Shown here piece by piece: positions 49,023 through 60,566 of a DNA stretch of 64,000 nt. The DNA comes from Nitrosopumilus sp. (GTDB lineage: Archaea; Thermoproteota; Nitrososphaeria; Nitrososphaerales; Nitrosopumilaceae): assembly GCA_965218785.1 (NCBI GenBank), contig OZ244650.1:1760001-1824000 (forward strand). Reading direction: 5' to 3'. The notes under the pieces were generated by a model. The model was not told the DNA's origin, did no database searches, and saw only the letters and a list, made by a program, of their open reading frames with translations. The stretch's first letter is position 1. Every line of letters begins with the position of its first letter. Position numbers and translations under genes: made by a program.

Positions 49023-49486
49023 AATCCCTTGGGTTTTCTCAAGGTAAAACCCATACTAAACCCGATAATGACCATGCCTGAAATAATCACCATGAGATCA
49101 AAAGTAAACCAGATTGGATCGGCGCTTCTAACTAACACTCCCGTAATTTCCAATTCCGTACTTCCTGTATTTTGAATTTGGATCTTTGTTTCACCATCCA
49201 CTAGATGGGTCCACGCAAGACTGGCTTTGTCCTTATAGGATTCTTGTGGAATCTGCAATCCATCGCCGGGACTTGCAAGTTTTAGATCAAAGGAGGCACC
49301 CACGATTTCCATGGACTGTTTGGTGTTGGCAGGTGCGGGAATTATGTAACCTGCAGAATCGCCGACAACGACTAGATAATTTTCATTAATGGTGATTGGC
49401 CCAATATGCTGAATTAAGGAAATGCCGCCAATTCCAATAATTGCACTTCCGATTACCAGTCCAATAATGGTTCTTTTGGAGAGCAT
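49019..49486 (-). CDS. Hypothetical membrane protein
   Basis: N- and C-terminal TM helices flanking a beta-rich domain. Confidence 0.7.
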   Translation of the reverse strand: MLSKRTIIGLVIGSAIIGIGGISLIQHIGPITINENYLVVVGDSAGYIIPAPANTKQSMEIVGASFDLKLASPGDGLQIPQESYKDKASLAWTHLVDGETKIQIQNTGSTELEITGVLVRSADPIWFTFDLMVIISGMVIIGFSMGFTLRKPKGF

Positions 49487-49521
49487 GATTCACTAGATTC
49501 AGATACCGTTTAAAAAATTAT

Positions 49522-50952
49522 CTACATCAAGGAGACATCATGAGGCTGGCTTTCTGCAAATCCAGCCCGTGACATTTTGATAAATTCTGCATTTTCCTGC
49601 ATTTGAGGAATCGTATGTGCGCCACAGTAGCTCAGTCCGGAACGCACGCCTCCCGTAAGTTGTTTTAGAATATCAGTCACAGTTCCCTTGTAGGGAACCA
49701 TGGCTTCCACCCCTTCTGCGACATAATCATTAAGATCATCATCAAGTGAAATAAAGCCTGTTTCCTTGGATTTTCTGCCAATCGAGGCTGCAAGAGAGGC
49801 CATTCCGCGATAGACTTTGAAGCGTTTTCCATTTTTAGTCAAGACCGTGCCAGGTGACTCGTCGGTGCCGCCAAGTATGCTGCCCACCATTACAGATGAC
49901 GCACCTGCGGCCAATGCTTTTGTTGCATCACCGGAAGTTCTAGTACCGCCATCGGAAATTATTGGAATGTCATGATCCTTGCCGACCTTTGCACAGTCCA
50001 TTACCGCAGTCAACTGGGGCACGCCTGAACCGGTGATGACTCTGGTAATACAAATTGACCCGGAACCTACGCCGACTTTTACTGCATCGACTCCCGCCTT
50101 TATCAAATCCTCGGCTCCCCGGGCAGTTGCAACGTTGCCTGCAATTAATTCACAGGCTGGAAATGCTTTTTTGATATTATGAATTGTGTTTAGTTCGTTT
50201 TCACTGTGGCCGTGTGCGATGTCAACAACAAGTACGTCAGCTCCTGCCTCCAAAAGGGATTCACTTCTTTCTAAAAAATCCCCCTTCACACCAACTGCCG
50301 CCCCGACTAGCGGTCTTCCTTTCTTGTCTTTGGATGCATTTGGATAATCCGCATTATTTGTAATGTCTTTGCTTGTAATCAGGCCCTTGATAATTCCCGA
50401 ATCATCAACTATCGGCAGTTTCTCAATTCTATGCTTATGTAAAATGGATTTTGCCTCATCTAGTGTAACCCCGGGTTTTGCAGTTACAACGTCCCTGGTC
50501 ATAACATCATGAATTGGATTGTTGGTATTGGCAAACAGTGAATCCCGTTCGGTTATTATTCCCACCAATTTAGAACCGGAATCAACTACCAAGAGGCCGG
50601 AGATTTGTTTGTCTTCTGCATAGTCTAAAGCATCCTGTACAGATTTATCAGAAGATATGGAGTATGGGTTTTCTATCATTACGCTTCCTGAACGCTTTAC
50701 CTTGAGGACCTCGTGGGATTGTTCTGAAATAGTCAAAAACCTATGAATAATTCCCAGACCGCCGGCACGTGCCATGGCCATTGCCATGGATGATTCTGTG
50801 ACAGTATCCATATTTGCGCTAAGAAAGGGGATGTTAATTGAGATGTTTTTGGATAGTTTGGTACTCAGATCGGTTTGACTTCTGCTTGTAATATCTGAAT
50901 ATTTGGGTACAAGAAGAACGTCGTCAAAAGTTAATCCTTCTCTGAATTCCAA
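49522..50952 (-). CDS. guaB: IMP dehydrogenase
   Basis: [17 protein letters not shown] pair, [17 protein letters not shown]. Confidence 0.97.
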   Translation of the reverse strand: MEFREGLTFDDVLLVPKYSDITSRSQTDLSTKLSKNISINIPFLSANMDTVTESSMAMAMARAGGLGIIHRFLTISEQSHEVLKVKRSGSVMIENPYSISSDKSVQDALDYAEDKQISGLLVVDSGSKLVGIITERDSLFANTNNPIHDVMTRDVVTAKPGVTLDEAKSILHKHRIEKLPIVDDSGIIKGLITSKDITNNADYPNASKDKKGRPLVGAAVGVKGDFLERSESLLEAGADVLVVDIAHGHSENELNTIHNIKKAFPACELIAGNVATARGAEDLIKAGVDAVKVGVGSGSICITRVITGSGVPQLTAVMDCAKVGKDHDIPIISDGGTRTSGDATKALAAGASSVMVGSILGGTDESPGTVLTKNGKRFKVYRGMASLAASIGRKSKETGFISLDDDLNDYVAEGVEAMVPYKGTVTDILKQLTGGVRSGLSYCGAHTIPQMQENAEFIKMSRAGFAESQPHDVSLM

Positions 50953-50997
50953 TGAAACCTTGTTAAGAAAGTTGAATATTGATTATAAGCCTTTGTG

Positions 50998-51849
50998 TCA
51001 TTTTGACAGTCCTGAGGCAATTGTTATTGCCTCCTTAGTTGCATCAACACTATGGGTACGAATAATGTCGGCGCCATTAATAACAGATATCGCCTCGGCA
51101 GCTATCGATCCAAATAATCGATCAGACGGATTTTTTTTGCCTAAAATACTTCCTAGAAAGGATTTATTTGAAACAGAGACCAATATGGAATGGTTTTGCT
51201 TTATAGATTTCAAACTTTTAATGACGGATAGATCCCTTTCCACCCAGTCTGACTTTATTTTTGTAAAAAACGGACCCTGCCCGGTTTTTCGGAAAAATCC
51301 TATGGCAGGATCCAATACGATTTTTTCAGATGGAACATGGGATTTTTTTGCAATTTGCAAGCTTTCCTTGAGTAGTTTCCGGGTTGCAGTTACAGCATTC
51401 CCAAGGACGGTTTTGGAATCATATGCACATAAAATCAGAGACGGGGCAAATTCTGAAACAACATCCTGCATCTTTTTATCATATTTTAATCCGGAGATAT
51501 CATTGATTATATCAACACCGTGTTCTAATGCATCTCGGGCAACTCTGGCCCTGCAGGTATCAACAGAAACCGGCAGATTGGAAACATTTTGGATTATTTT
51601 GATGGCATCAAGAATTCTTTTTGATTCGAGTTTTTCTGAGATTATTGTGGACAGATAAGGGGCAGTAGACATGCCGCCAACATCAATAAAATCCGCGCCC
51701 CCGTCTTCCATTTGTTTTACGGCGTTTTTTACCTGTGTTTTGGTTATGTGAACGGATTTTTTGTAAAATGATTCAGGACTGGTGTTTAGAATGCCCATTA
51801 TACGTACGGGGTTTTTTCCTCCTACCCGTACATTTCCAATTCTGGTCAC
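50998..51849 (-). CDS. folP: Dihydropteroate synthase
   Basis: MGILNTSPESF, DVGGMST, SVDT, INDISG, DPAIGF, SNKSF, IRTH; probable GTG start at 51849. Confidence 0.93.
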   Translation of the reverse strand: MTRIGNVRVGGKNPVRIMGILNTSPESFYKKSVHITKTQVKNAVKQMEDGGADFIDVGGMSTAPYLSTIISEKLESKRILDAIKIIQNVSNLPVSVDTCRARVARDALEHGVDIINDISGLKYDKKMQDVVSEFAPSLILCAYDSKTVLGNAVTATRKLLKESLQIAKKSHVPSEKIVLDPAIGFFRKTGQGPFFTKIKSDWVERDLSVIKSLKSIKQNHSILVSVSNKSFLGSILGKKNPSDRLFGSIAAEAISVINGADIIRTHSVDATKEAITIASGLSK

Positions 51850-51883
51850 AGGGTTTATCAAAAACCAATCCAATTTGAGTGAT

Positions 51884-52618
51884 ATGATGGTTTCAGGTTG
51901 GAATAAGAGGTATTTGGATATTTTAAGGGAATTCAAGTATAGCGGGGAAAAAGACAGGGAATCGGCCATCCTGTTGAATTCAATACTGCGAAATTCTGAC
52001 GGTGAGAGAAAAATTATCAATTTGCTCAAAGCAAGGACTGTCTTTGTAATAGGTTCCGGTCCCTCCCTGTCAACTGCGATTAAAAAATTACAAAATTACA
52101 AAAGCGCAATAAAAATTGCAGCAGATAGCTCAGTTAAAGCACTGATAGAAAATGGAATCATTCCAGATATTGTTGTTACTGACTTGGATGGGGACATGGA
52201 GGCATTAAGGAAAATCGCAAAAACAAAATCGATGTTTGTCGTACATGCGCACGGGGACAATATGGAAAAGCTGGAATTGGCAAAAAAATTCAGGAACTGT
52301 ATTGGTACGACCCAGTCAAAACCTCTTGGCAGGCTTCAAAATTACGGGGGATTTACTGACGGGGACAGGGGGGTTTTTCTAGCCAGTCATTATGGTGCAA
52401 GGAAAATTATTCTGTTCGGGATGGATTTCGGAGATCGAATTGGAAGATTTTCAAATACAAAAAGATCAGAGAGGAAGATAAAACTGATGAAGTTAAAAAG
52501 GGGCGGGGCGCTGTTGGAATGGCTTTCAACTACTACAAAGTCCGAATTATTTACCACGTCAAGGCCGATCAGGGGGTTTAAAAAAATATCCTACAAAGAA
52601 CTAGATGCTGCCATCTAG
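51884..52618 (+). CDS. mptE: 6-hydroxymethyl-7,8-dihydropterin pyrophosphokinase (archaeal MptE)
   Basis: GSGPSL, AADS, VTDLDG, HAHGDN, GGFTDGDR, GMDFG; divergent from folP. Confidence 0.9.
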   Translation: MMVSGWNKRYLDILREFKYSGEKDRESAILLNSILRNSDGERKIINLLKARTVFVIGSGPSLSTAIKKLQNYKSAIKIAADSSVKALIENGIIPDIVVTDLDGDMEALRKIAKTKSMFVVHAHGDNMEKLELAKKFRNCIGTTQSKPLGRLQNYGGFTDGDRGVFLASHYGARKIILFGMDFGDRIGRFSNTKRSERKIKLMKLKRGGALLEWLSTTTKSELFTTSRPIRGFKKISYKELDAAI

Positions 52619-52654
52619 AATGCATTTAATACCCATTCCCTCATTAATCAGATT

Positions 52655-53227
52655 ATGAAATTTACCGAAGAGCAGGTCAAAGATATCGTCACCCTGAAGG
52701 AAAATTTGAACCGGCAAATCAGCAAGCATCAGAAAAATATAGTAATGTTGGAAAAAAACCTCGTAATTTTAGATCTGGTCTTAAAGGAATCCAGTTACAC
52801 AAAAGCCTCACAGCTAGAAAGGAAAAAAACGGAAATTCAAAACAAGGCAGAGACCACGCAAAAGCCTGCAGAAAATTCCATTCCAATTACAAGGGGAAAT
52901 GATGGCAAGGTAATTGCCAATGCATTTGTCACGCCAGAACAGGTTTCTATAATTTTAGATGATGCAATCGAGATTAGCGATGAGACGCCTCCATTCAAAT
53001 CGTTCTTCTTAGATAGAGTCATCGGAGAGATGAAGAAGAAGGATTTCGCAGAGGTGGAAAACGGGAAAATCCAGAAGGAATCAATCATTGACTTTGTTAT
53101 AAACAAGAATGGCTCGGACATGAGGGAGATTATTATCAAAAATTACAGGCAAAAGGAGAGAGTAAGTGAATTGATCAATACGGCAGGCTGGTCACTAACA
53201 CGAATGCTTGAAAACATCAACAAGTGA
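52655..53227 (+). CDS. Conserved hypothetical protein (N-terminal coiled coil)
   Basis: 190 aa ORF upstream of guaA; PPFKSFFL and WSLTRMLE motifs. Confidence 0.75.
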   Translation: MKFTEEQVKDIVTLKENLNRQISKHQKNIVMLEKNLVILDLVLKESSYTKASQLERKKTEIQNKAETTQKPAENSIPITRGNDGKVIANAFVTPEQVSIILDDAIEISDETPPFKSFFLDRVIGEMKKKDFAEVENGKIQKESIIDFVINKNGSDMREIIIKNYRQKERVSELINTAGWSLTRMLENINK

Positions 53228-53231
53228 TGAT

Positions 53232-54755
53232 ATGGACAAAATTCTAGTTTTAGATTTTGGATCACAGTACAGCCATTTAATTTGTAGAAGAATCAGGGAA
53301 TTTTCCGTTTATGCCGAACTTGTTCCCTTTGATATCAGTTATGAGGAATTACAAAAACATGATCCAAAGGGAATAATTTTTTCAGGAGGCCCGTCAAGTA
53401 TTTACAATTCAGACGCACCGCTTCCGGACAGTAAAGTTTTTGAGATGAATTTACCATTGCTTGGAATTTGCTACGGTCATCAACTGATTGTAGACAGGTA
53501 TGGCGGAAAAGTAAAAAAGGCAAACAAGGAATACGGTTCATCCTTACTTACGATTGATAATGACGGGGATCTACTAAACGGTATAGGGGAATCAGTCAGG
53601 GCATGGATGAGTCATGGTGACGAAGCAGAAGAAATCCCGCCAAAATTTCAGGTCATAGCACATACGGAAAGTGCAAAAGCTGCGGCAATTGCATTAGAGG
53701 AAAAATCAGTTTATGGCATCCAGTTTCATCCAGAAGTAGTGCATACAGAGCATGGTACAGAGATTCTGAAGAATTTTGTTTTAAAAGTGTGCGGGGCAAG
53801 ACAGGATTGGACCATGGAGGGTTTTGTCAAGACGGCCGTGGAAAAAATCTCAAAGATAAAAGGAAACGTACTTTGTGGGGTCAGCGGAGGCATAGATTCA
53901 ACGGTAGCTGCGCTGATAATCCACAGGGCCATCGGAGACAGGCTAAAGTGTGTTTTTGTAAATAATGGTTTGCTGCGACTAGATGAGGAGACGGAGATTG
54001 AGGCGATGTTCAAAGACAACTTTAATGTGAATTTTACAGCAGTCAATGCGGCTGATGAATTTCTGGGAAAGCTTCAGGGAATCGAGGATCCCGAGGAAAA
54101 AAGAAAGATTGTCGGGGAGGAATTCGTCCGTGTTTTTACCGAATTTGCTGAAAAAAACGGCCCCTTCAAATGGCTGGCTCAGGGCACGCTTTATCCAGAT
54201 GTGATTGAGAGCGGGGTATCAAAAGGACCTGCAGCAGTAATAAAATCCCATCACAATGTAGGCGGATTGCCAGACTGGCTTGATTTGGATATTTTAGAAC
54301 CGTTAAGGGAGTTATACAAAGACGAGGTAAGAAAGATGGCAAAAATTCTCAAGGTTCCAGAAAACCTTCTGATGAGACACCCGTTTCCCGGCCCGGGTTT
54401 GGCCGTAAGAGTGATGGGAAAAGTGACTCCGGCAAAGCTGCATATTGCCAGGGTGGCAGGTAAGATTGTCGAGGATGAACTGATGAAGGCAGGCTGGTAT
54501 GAGAAGATTTGGCAGGCTTTTGCCGCAGTCGGAGATGACAAGGCAGTCGGCGTGGTAGGAGACAAAAGAAGATATGGGAATGTTGTAATGATACGAGTTG
54601 TGGACTCTGTTGATGCAATGACTGCGGATTGGACGAGACTTCCACACGGTGTTTTGGAAAAAATAAGCAATAGAATTACAAATGAGATTGAAGACGTTAC
54701 ATGGGTGAGTTATGTGATTTCAAGCAAGCCGCCTGCAACAATCGAGCCGCAATAG
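53232..54755 (+). CDS. guaA: GMP synthase (glutamine-hydrolysing)
   Basis: LDFGSQY, GICYG, QFHPE, SGGIDS, IKSHHNVGG, KPPATIE. Confidence 0.97.
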   Translation: MDKILVLDFGSQYSHLICRRIREFSVYAELVPFDISYEELQKHDPKGIIFSGGPSSIYNSDAPLPDSKVFEMNLPLLGICYGHQLIVDRYGGKVKKANKEYGSSLLTIDNDGDLLNGIGESVRAWMSHGDEAEEIPPKFQVIAHTESAKAAAIALEEKSVYGIQFHPEVVHTEHGTEILKNFVLKVCGARQDWTMEGFVKTAVEKISKIKGNVLCGVSGGIDSTVAALIIHRAIGDRLKCVFVNNGLLRLDEETEIEAMFKDNFNVNFTAVNAADEFLGKLQGIEDPEEKRKIVGEEFVRVFTEFAEKNGPFKWLAQGTLYPDVIESGVSKGPAAVIKSHHNVGGLPDWLDLDILEPLRELYKDEVRKMAKILKVPENLLMRHPFPGPGLAVRVMGKVTPAKLHIARVAGKIVEDELMKAGWYEKIWQAFAAVGDDKAVGVVGDKRRYGNVVMIRVVDSVDAMTADWTRLPHGVLEKISNRITNEIEDVTWVSYVISSKPPATIEPQ

Positions 54756-54763
54756 GAGAAGAT

Positions 54764-55117
54764 ATGGAATACGAAAAAATCTGTGATGAAATTTTAGGAT
54801 GTGATGAGAAGATCAGATATGTGGGCGTGTATGATTATGGCGAGCTATATGATAAAATGAGGCAGGGACTGAAGAATCATCTATCAAGGGCAGAAACAGA
54901 GTTGTCCTTATCTCAGGCAGTTTACAGGTGGTCTACACGTAAAAAAACTGCAGAAAAGACCGGGAGGCCTATTTTCGCATTAGCAAAATATGAAAAAATT
55001 TACCGGGTGACCATCCCCATAGGAGGGGCGGGATTAATTTTGATTAGTACCGAGTTAAATGCAGACATAATTGAAATTGTTGATAAGGTTTTGAAGATAA
55101 AAGACGGGTTTTCCTAA
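54764..55117 (+). CDS. Thaumarchaeal roadblock/DUF6659-like small protein
   Basis: MEYEKICDEIL...IRYVGV...YEKIYRVTIP...LISTE. Confidence 0.7.
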   Translation: MEYEKICDEILGCDEKIRYVGVYDYGELYDKMRQGLKNHLSRAETELSLSQAVYRWSTRKKTAEKTGRPIFALAKYEKIYRVTIPIGGAGLILISTELNADIIEIVDKVLKIKDGFS

Positions 55118-55134
55118 TGTGAAATGAAATCTCA

Positions 55135-56004
55135 TCAGAGCAAGCATGCTCCAAAAACTCCGGCAGAATCGCCTAGTTTATTTTTCAGGATCGGAGTATC
55201 AATCGAGTCTGAAAAAACTTTGCTGTAAACTGACTCTTTTCCTTCGGTATATAAAAAATCAATATTGGATAGACCGCCGCCCATGACTATTACATCAGGA
55301 TCCAAGATGTCTATAACATTGGCAAGGCCGTATCCGAAATTTTCTAAAAATTCATTTTTCCATCTTCGGCCAATTTCATTGTCGATGCTAGTAAGGATTT
55401 CAGGCAGGGATATTGATTTTCCAGACAATGCCGCCCATTGTTTTTCTAATGAAGGGCCGCTGATACAAGTCTCCACGCATCCTGCCTTGCCACAATAACA
55501 GGGATTTCCATTACGATGCAGGGTGTGATGTCCCCATTCTCCGGCGATGTTGGTTCTGCCAGAATAAAGTTTGCCGTTAATTACAATCCCGCCGCCGACA
55601 CCCGTACCCATGATTACGCCAAATACTGAATCAAATCCGGCTGCAGCACCCATTTTAGCTTCGGCCATGGCAAAGCAATTGGCATCATTTTCCATCGAGA
55701 TTTTTTTCCCCAGTTTCTCCTCCAGATCCTCTTTTAACGGCTTTCCAATCAGACATTGGGTATTACTATTTTTGATCAGGCCCGTTTTTTTGGAAATTGC
55801 ACCGGGAGTGCAAATGCCTAAGGAAAAATCAGCGATGTCTTTAGAAACATCTAAAATCAGAGACGAGATGGCATCAATGATTTTGTGATAATCATTTTGT
55901 GGAGTCGGGATTCTTTTTCTTTCTAAAACATCCAGATTTTCATCAAGTAGGACAGCTTCTATTTTTGTCCCACCTAGATCAACGCCTATTTTATTTAACA
56001 ACAA
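55135..56004 (-). CDS. ROK family sugar kinase
   Basis: GVDLGGTK, ENDANC, GTGVGGG, GEWGH, CYCG..GC.E. Confidence 0.93.
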   Translation of the reverse strand: MLLNKIGVDLGGTKIEAVLLDENLDVLERKRIPTPQNDYHKIIDAISSLILDVSKDIADFSLGICTPGAISKKTGLIKNSNTQCLIGKPLKEDLEEKLGKKISMENDANCFAMAEAKMGAAAGFDSVFGVIMGTGVGGGIVINGKLYSGRTNIAGEWGHHTLHRNGNPCYCGKAGCVETCISGPSLEKQWAALSGKSISLPEILTSIDNEIGRRWKNEFLENFGYGLANVIDILDPDVIVMGGGLSNIDFLYTEGKESVYSKVFSDSIDTPILKNKLGDSAGVFGACLL

Positions 56005-56028
56005 TTTATGAAAACTAGAGGGTTTGTC

Positions 56029-57651
56029 TTATCCCATTGGAGGCATGCCGCCGCCGCCCGGAGCTCCGGATATGGCAATTACATCGTCTATTCTGAGAAT
56101 CATGCACGCCGCCTCGGTTGCAGACTTTATAATCTGTTCTTTGACTACGGTTGGTTCTATAACGTTGATTGTCAGCATATCTGCAATCTTTGTATTTTTA
56201 GCATCAATACCAGTCCATTTATGACCCTGATTCTGTTTTGCCCGCAGGTTGGCCATCGTATCAATTGGATCCATTCCGGCATTTTCAGCAATAGTTAACG
56301 GGATTGTTTCTAATGCTTCGGCGTATTTTTTTATTGCAAGTTGTTCTCTTCCATCAAAATTATCAGCCCAGTCCTTGAGTTGTGAGGCTGCAAATGATTC
56401 AGGCGCGCCTCCACCGGCAACAATTTCCGGCTTTTCAATCACGTCTTTTACGACCATCAAGGAGTCATGTATTGAACGATCAACCTCATCAATTACTCTT
56501 TGAGAGCCGCCGCGGATCAGCAGTGTAACAGATTGCGGATGTTTGCAGCCTTCTACAAACACCCATTTGTCAGATTCAACCTTTTTTTGTTGAACTAGAT
56601 CAGCATGACCTAGATCGTTTTCTGAGAGATCATCTAGATTACTAATTACATGTCCATCCGTGGCTTTGGAGAGTTTAATCATATCACTTTCTTTAACACG
56701 ACGGACTGCCAGAATACCGTACTTTGCAAGATAGTGTTGTGCAATATCATCAATTCCTTTTTGACAAATCAGGACATTAACACCGGCATCATGTAGTTTG
56801 TCAACCATGGTCTTTAGCATTCTATTTTCTTCCTCCAGGAACATCTGCATCTGGGTGGGATCAGTAATCCTAATTTCAGAACTCATCTCTGTTTTTTCAA
56901 TTTCTAATGCTGAATTTATCAATGCAATTTTTGCTTTTTCAATCTTTGTAGGCATTCCACTGTGAACGATTTCCTTGTCTAAAACAATGCCCTTGATAAC
57001 TCGAGTGTCTTGAATTGAGCCGCCTGCCTTTTTTTCAACCTTGATATTTTCAAGATCCACGCTGTAATTATCGTCTTTTTTGGTTACAATACTAAAGATT
57101 GCATCAACGATAATTTTTGATAATATGTCGCTATCTTCAGAAATTAATTTGGATTGCATGCTAGTTGTTGCAACTTTAAGAAGGGATTCCTTATCATCGG
57201 GTTGAATCTTTTTTGATAATTGGGAGTAAATTTCAAGGGTCTTTTCAGCAGCTGCCTGATAGCCCTCAACAATAGTCGAAGAATGAACCTCTTTTTTGAG
57301 CAAATCTTCTGCCTTTGCCAATAATGCGCCTGCAAAAACGACGGAAGATGTTGTGCCATCGCCTACTTCGTTATCCACGGTCTTGGAAATCTCGACTATC
57401 ATTTTGGCCGCAGGGTGCTGAACGTCAATTTCCTTTAAGATTGTGGCACCATCATTTGTAATGGTAACATCACCCAAAGAGTCAACTAGCATTTTATCTA
57501 GGCCTCTAGGTCCAAGACTGCTTTTGACTAGTTCGGCAACTAGTTTTGCTGCGGCAATATTGTTTTGTTGAGCGTCCTTGCCTTTTTGCTGTAATGCGCT
57601 CTCTTTGAGAACTAAAACAGGTCCATTTGGGCCTTGTTGGATTGATGCCAT
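56029..57651 (-). CDS. ths: Thermosome (group II chaperonin) subunit
   Basis: [28 protein letters not shown]. Confidence 0.96.
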   Translation of the reverse strand: MASIQQGPNGPVLVLKESALQQKGKDAQQNNIAAAKLVAELVKSSLGPRGLDKMLVDSLGDVTITNDGATILKEIDVQHPAAKMIVEISKTVDNEVGDGTTSSVVFAGALLAKAEDLLKKEVHSSTIVEGYQAAAEKTLEIYSQLSKKIQPDDKESLLKVATTSMQSKLISEDSDILSKIIVDAIFSIVTKKDDNYSVDLENIKVEKKAGGSIQDTRVIKGIVLDKEIVHSGMPTKIEKAKIALINSALEIEKTEMSSEIRITDPTQMQMFLEEENRMLKTMVDKLHDAGVNVLICQKGIDDIAQHYLAKYGILAVRRVKESDMIKLSKATDGHVISNLDDLSENDLGHADLVQQKKVESDKWVFVEGCKHPQSVTLLIRGGSQRVIDEVDRSIHDSLMVVKDVIEKPEIVAGGGAPESFAASQLKDWADNFDGREQLAIKKYAEALETIPLTIAENAGMDPIDTMANLRAKQNQGHKWTGIDAKNTKIADMLTINVIEPTVVKEQIIKSATEAACMILRIDDVIAISGAPGGGGMPPMG

Positions 57652-57695
57652 TTAGATTCAGCTTGATCCCATAAAACCCCCCTTTTTAATATTAC

Positions 57696-59453
57696 TTAGT
57701 TGATCGGGTCAAGATAACATCGTTTTTTCACATCTACAATTCCGCCTGAGAGAATTCTAACAGATGGCAGAGCCAGGAATGGCAGGAATAGGGGAATAAG
57801 ATGAGGTCTGGTAAACTTGCATCCTGAATCCACAATAGATCGGTTGATTCTTTTAAAATTGGCTGAAACCTCTTCAAATGAATCAGTTGAGATGATTCCT
57901 CCAAATTGCAAGGGCATTGAGGCCAGAATTTTGCCTGATTTGGCCACGGCAAGACCCCCCTGGTTCTTGATGAGATGGTTTGAGACTAGTGCCATATCAG
58001 AGTCATTGGAGCCTATCACGATCATGTCATTTTCATGAAAACTCCAGGTTGAAGCAAATGCCCCGATATCAGCTCCAAAATTTTCTAGAAATCCAATACT
58101 ATATCTGGATGTTCCATGAGTTCTATCAAATGCGGCAACTTTCCATACATCCGAATCTAAAGAGGCAGAAATATGACCGTCCTTGGGATGCAGCTGGGCG
58201 GATCCAATTTTTGTAATTATTTCAGTCTGCAGAAATATTGTATTTGCCAGAACGTCTTTCTTTCTTGATTTGACAAGAAAATCATCTTTTGAGAATTTTT
58301 TCAGTTTGACGGTTTTTTTAATCCAGGACGGAATTGTTTTTTTCCTGAAAGGTACGACAAGGCGCCCATTTGAAACCACGAGCTTTCCACCCACAAAGAC
58401 TTGGGTTGGTTTGAATGATTTCAAGTCGTTAAAAATTAGAATGTCTGCCAGTTTTCCAGGTGCTATTCCGCCAAGATCTTTTCCCATGTTGTAATAGTCA
58501 AAATTATTCTTGGATGCCATTGTAACTGCATCTATGGGCTTGAGACCAAGTTTGATTGATTCCCTTATGCAGTGATCAATATGGCCGAATTTTACAATAT
58601 CTAATGGATCAAGACCGTCAGAACAGAACATTAGGCGATTAAGATAGGTTCCATGTGTTAGGAGACGTGGAATAATTTCCTTCAAGTCACGTCTTATCGA
58701 GCCCTCCCGAATCATCACCCACATTCCAAGACGCAGCCGTTCTAGGACCTGATCAAAATTAATCGGCTCATGACAGGAGAGTATCCCTGATGAAACATAT
58801 GCGTTGAGTTTTTTTTCACTCATGCCTGCAGTATGTCCATTAATTATACAGTCACCCTCCAACATGGTACAAAGGGATTTCATTGTTTTAGGTTCGCGTA
58901 AAATAACTTTGGTCCATGAAAAGACTTCCCCCAAACCAAGAACGCCGGGATGCTTTATTGCAGATTTTTCTTGCGATAACGAGAGATGCCTGCTGTTACT
59001 GAATTTTGCATCCACCGGAAGACCTCCTGGAACCACTTGAAAAATCCTTATCGGCAGATCTTCCCCAAGCCTGAGAAATTCTTGAAAGCCTTTGTAGCCT
59101 GAAACACTGACAATATCAATTGGATCAGAAAAAAGGGAGGTAACGCCGCAAAGAAGCGCCTTTTTTGCAAATTCAGATGGCAGGACAAACTGGTCAATGT
59201 GCAAATGAGGATCAGCAAAGCCGGGACTGGCATACTTTCCACCCACATCAATAATTGCCGTTTTGGGACCCATTGCATGCATGGCATCCGGACCAACATA
59301 GGCAATTCTGTCATTAATTATGGCAATCTGGATTTTTGGAATGATCTCCTTGGTATATACGGACAGCAAGTTACAGTTTTTCAAAATCAGATCGGCTTTT
59401 TTTTCACCCATCGCTACAGAATTCAACGAATGGATCGAATGGGCCAGACTCAT
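57696..59453 (-). CDS. ade: Adenine deaminase
   Basis: PGFADPHLHID, GLGEV, NGH, HE, IREGS, GGIAPGKLAD. Confidence 0.88.
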   Translation of the reverse strand: MSLAHSIHSLNSVAMGEKKADLILKNCNLLSVYTKEIIPKIQIAIINDRIAYVGPDAMHAMGPKTAIIDVGGKYASPGFADPHLHIDQFVLPSEFAKKALLCGVTSLFSDPIDIVSVSGYKGFQEFLRLGEDLPIRIFQVVPGGLPVDAKFSNSRHLSLSQEKSAIKHPGVLGLGEVFSWTKVILREPKTMKSLCTMLEGDCIINGHTAGMSEKKLNAYVSSGILSCHEPINFDQVLERLRLGMWVMIREGSIRRDLKEIIPRLLTHGTYLNRLMFCSDGLDPLDIVKFGHIDHCIRESIKLGLKPIDAVTMASKNNFDYYNMGKDLGGIAPGKLADILIFNDLKSFKPTQVFVGGKLVVSNGRLVVPFRKKTIPSWIKKTVKLKKFSKDDFLVKSRKKDVLANTIFLQTEIITKIGSAQLHPKDGHISASLDSDVWKVAAFDRTHGTSRYSIGFLENFGADIGAFASTWSFHENDMIVIGSNDSDMALVSNHLIKNQGGLAVAKSGKILASMPLQFGGIISTDSFEEVSANFKRINRSIVDSGCKFTRPHLIPLFLPFLALPSVRILSGGIVDVKKRCYLDPIN

Positions 59454-59523
59454 AGTTCCTAATTGGATTTTGCACCTATTATAGATTCAATGCTTAAATT
59501 ACGGTTGAAGAGGTTTTGTTGGT

Positions 59524-59805
59524 ATGAACATTCCCAAGGTGATCAGAAAGTATTGTGCAAAATGTAAAACACATACCGAACAAAAGGTCTCCATTTACAA
59601 GGCCGGAAAAAGACGCGGTTCTGCCAGAGGTGAGCGTCGACATGCAGAACGCAAACACGGGTACGGCGGGCAGAAATTCCCAAAACTGGCAAAACCGGCC
59701 AAAGTTACAAAGAAGGTTACTCCCATTATGACATGTACGGTATGCAAAAAGAAATACAACAAGCCGGGCATTAGAATTAAGAAATTTGAGTTGGTGGCAA
59801 CATGA
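59524..59805 (+). CDS. rpl44e: 50S ribosomal protein L44e
   Basis: YCAKCKTHT, GYGGQKFP, CTVC. Confidence 0.96.
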   Translation: MNIPKVIRKYCAKCKTHTEQKVSIYKAGKRRGSARGERRHAERKHGYGGQKFPKLAKPAKVTKKVTPIMTCTVCKKKYNKPGIRIKKFELVAT

Positions 59806-59999
59806 AAAAAGATCACGTGGAGATTCCAAAACCATCAAGCACGTTTCAAAAGGTCAATTGTAACGAGTGTGGTGAACTTCAAGTGGTCTATTCTCATGCA
59901 TCAACATTAGTTACATGTAACTCCTGTGGTAATACCATTGCAAAAGCAACAGGTTCCAAGGCAGAAATAAACGGCAAAATCTCAGGCAGTGCCGAGTAA
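59802..59999 (+). CDS. rps27e: 30S ribosomal protein S27e
   Basis: CNECG...YSHA...CNSCG...TGSKA. Confidence 0.95.
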   Translation: MKKDHVEIPKPSSTFQKVNCNECGELQVVYSHASTLVTCNSCGNTIAKATGSKAEINGKISGSAE

Positions 60000-60566
60000 G
60001 TCATAGTCTTGTTTTGTATTTAGATTAAATGCGATCCTCTTATCATCAATTACAACATAAGATTCGTCCAAATTTTCAAGAGAGGAGATACTTTTGGAAT
60101 TTACCAGAGATATTCCAGTATAATGACATTTCTGATCTTCAAAATTGATTGAATAGTCAGACTTGATTCCAAGAGAGGTTAGAAATTTGTTTGTAACAAT
60201 AATGCTAGTCCAGATGTTCCGGGGATTGTATCGGGTGAGAATTTTTTGTATAATTTCTTCATCCAACAATGGCAGATCACCGGAAGTTACAAGGACGTCA
60301 TCATTGATGGTGTAAAGTACCGAATTTAGATCCTCGACATAGCCTGCTCCAGAGGTATCAAAAGTCGCAACGTCGTTTTCTTTGAGTAATTTTTTTGTTT
60401 TAGGTGAATTGGAGCTGGTAACTGCCAGAATTTCTGAAAAACGGTTTGAGTTTTTCAACGAGTCAACAACATGGAGGATTACCGGTTTTTTGTATCCGAG
60501 TAATAGTTTTTCACCATCCAGACTCATGCGGGTTCCTTTGCCACCTGCCATTACAATTCCAATCAT
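59982..60566 (-). CDS. cobY: Adenosylcobinamide-phosphate guanylyltransferase (CobY-like)
   Basis: MAGGKGTRM..EK, GYVEDL, SGDLP, NLNT..D; in the cob cluster. Confidence 0.85.
   Translation of the reverse strand: MIGIVMAGGKGTRMSLDGEKLLLGYKKPVILHVVDSLKNSNRFSEILAVTSSNSPKTKKLLKENDVATFDTSGAGYVEDLNSVLYTINDDVLVTSGDLPLLDEEIIQKILTRYNPRNIWTSIIVTNKFLTSLGIKSDYSINFEDQKCHYTGISLVNSKSISSLENLDESYVVIDDKRIAFNLNTKQDYDLLGTA

Noticed and set aside
50903-52029. Apparent long overlap of folP and mptE ORFs
   Set aside because: Resolved by starts at 51849 (GTG) and 51884 (ATG), leaving a short divergent gap.
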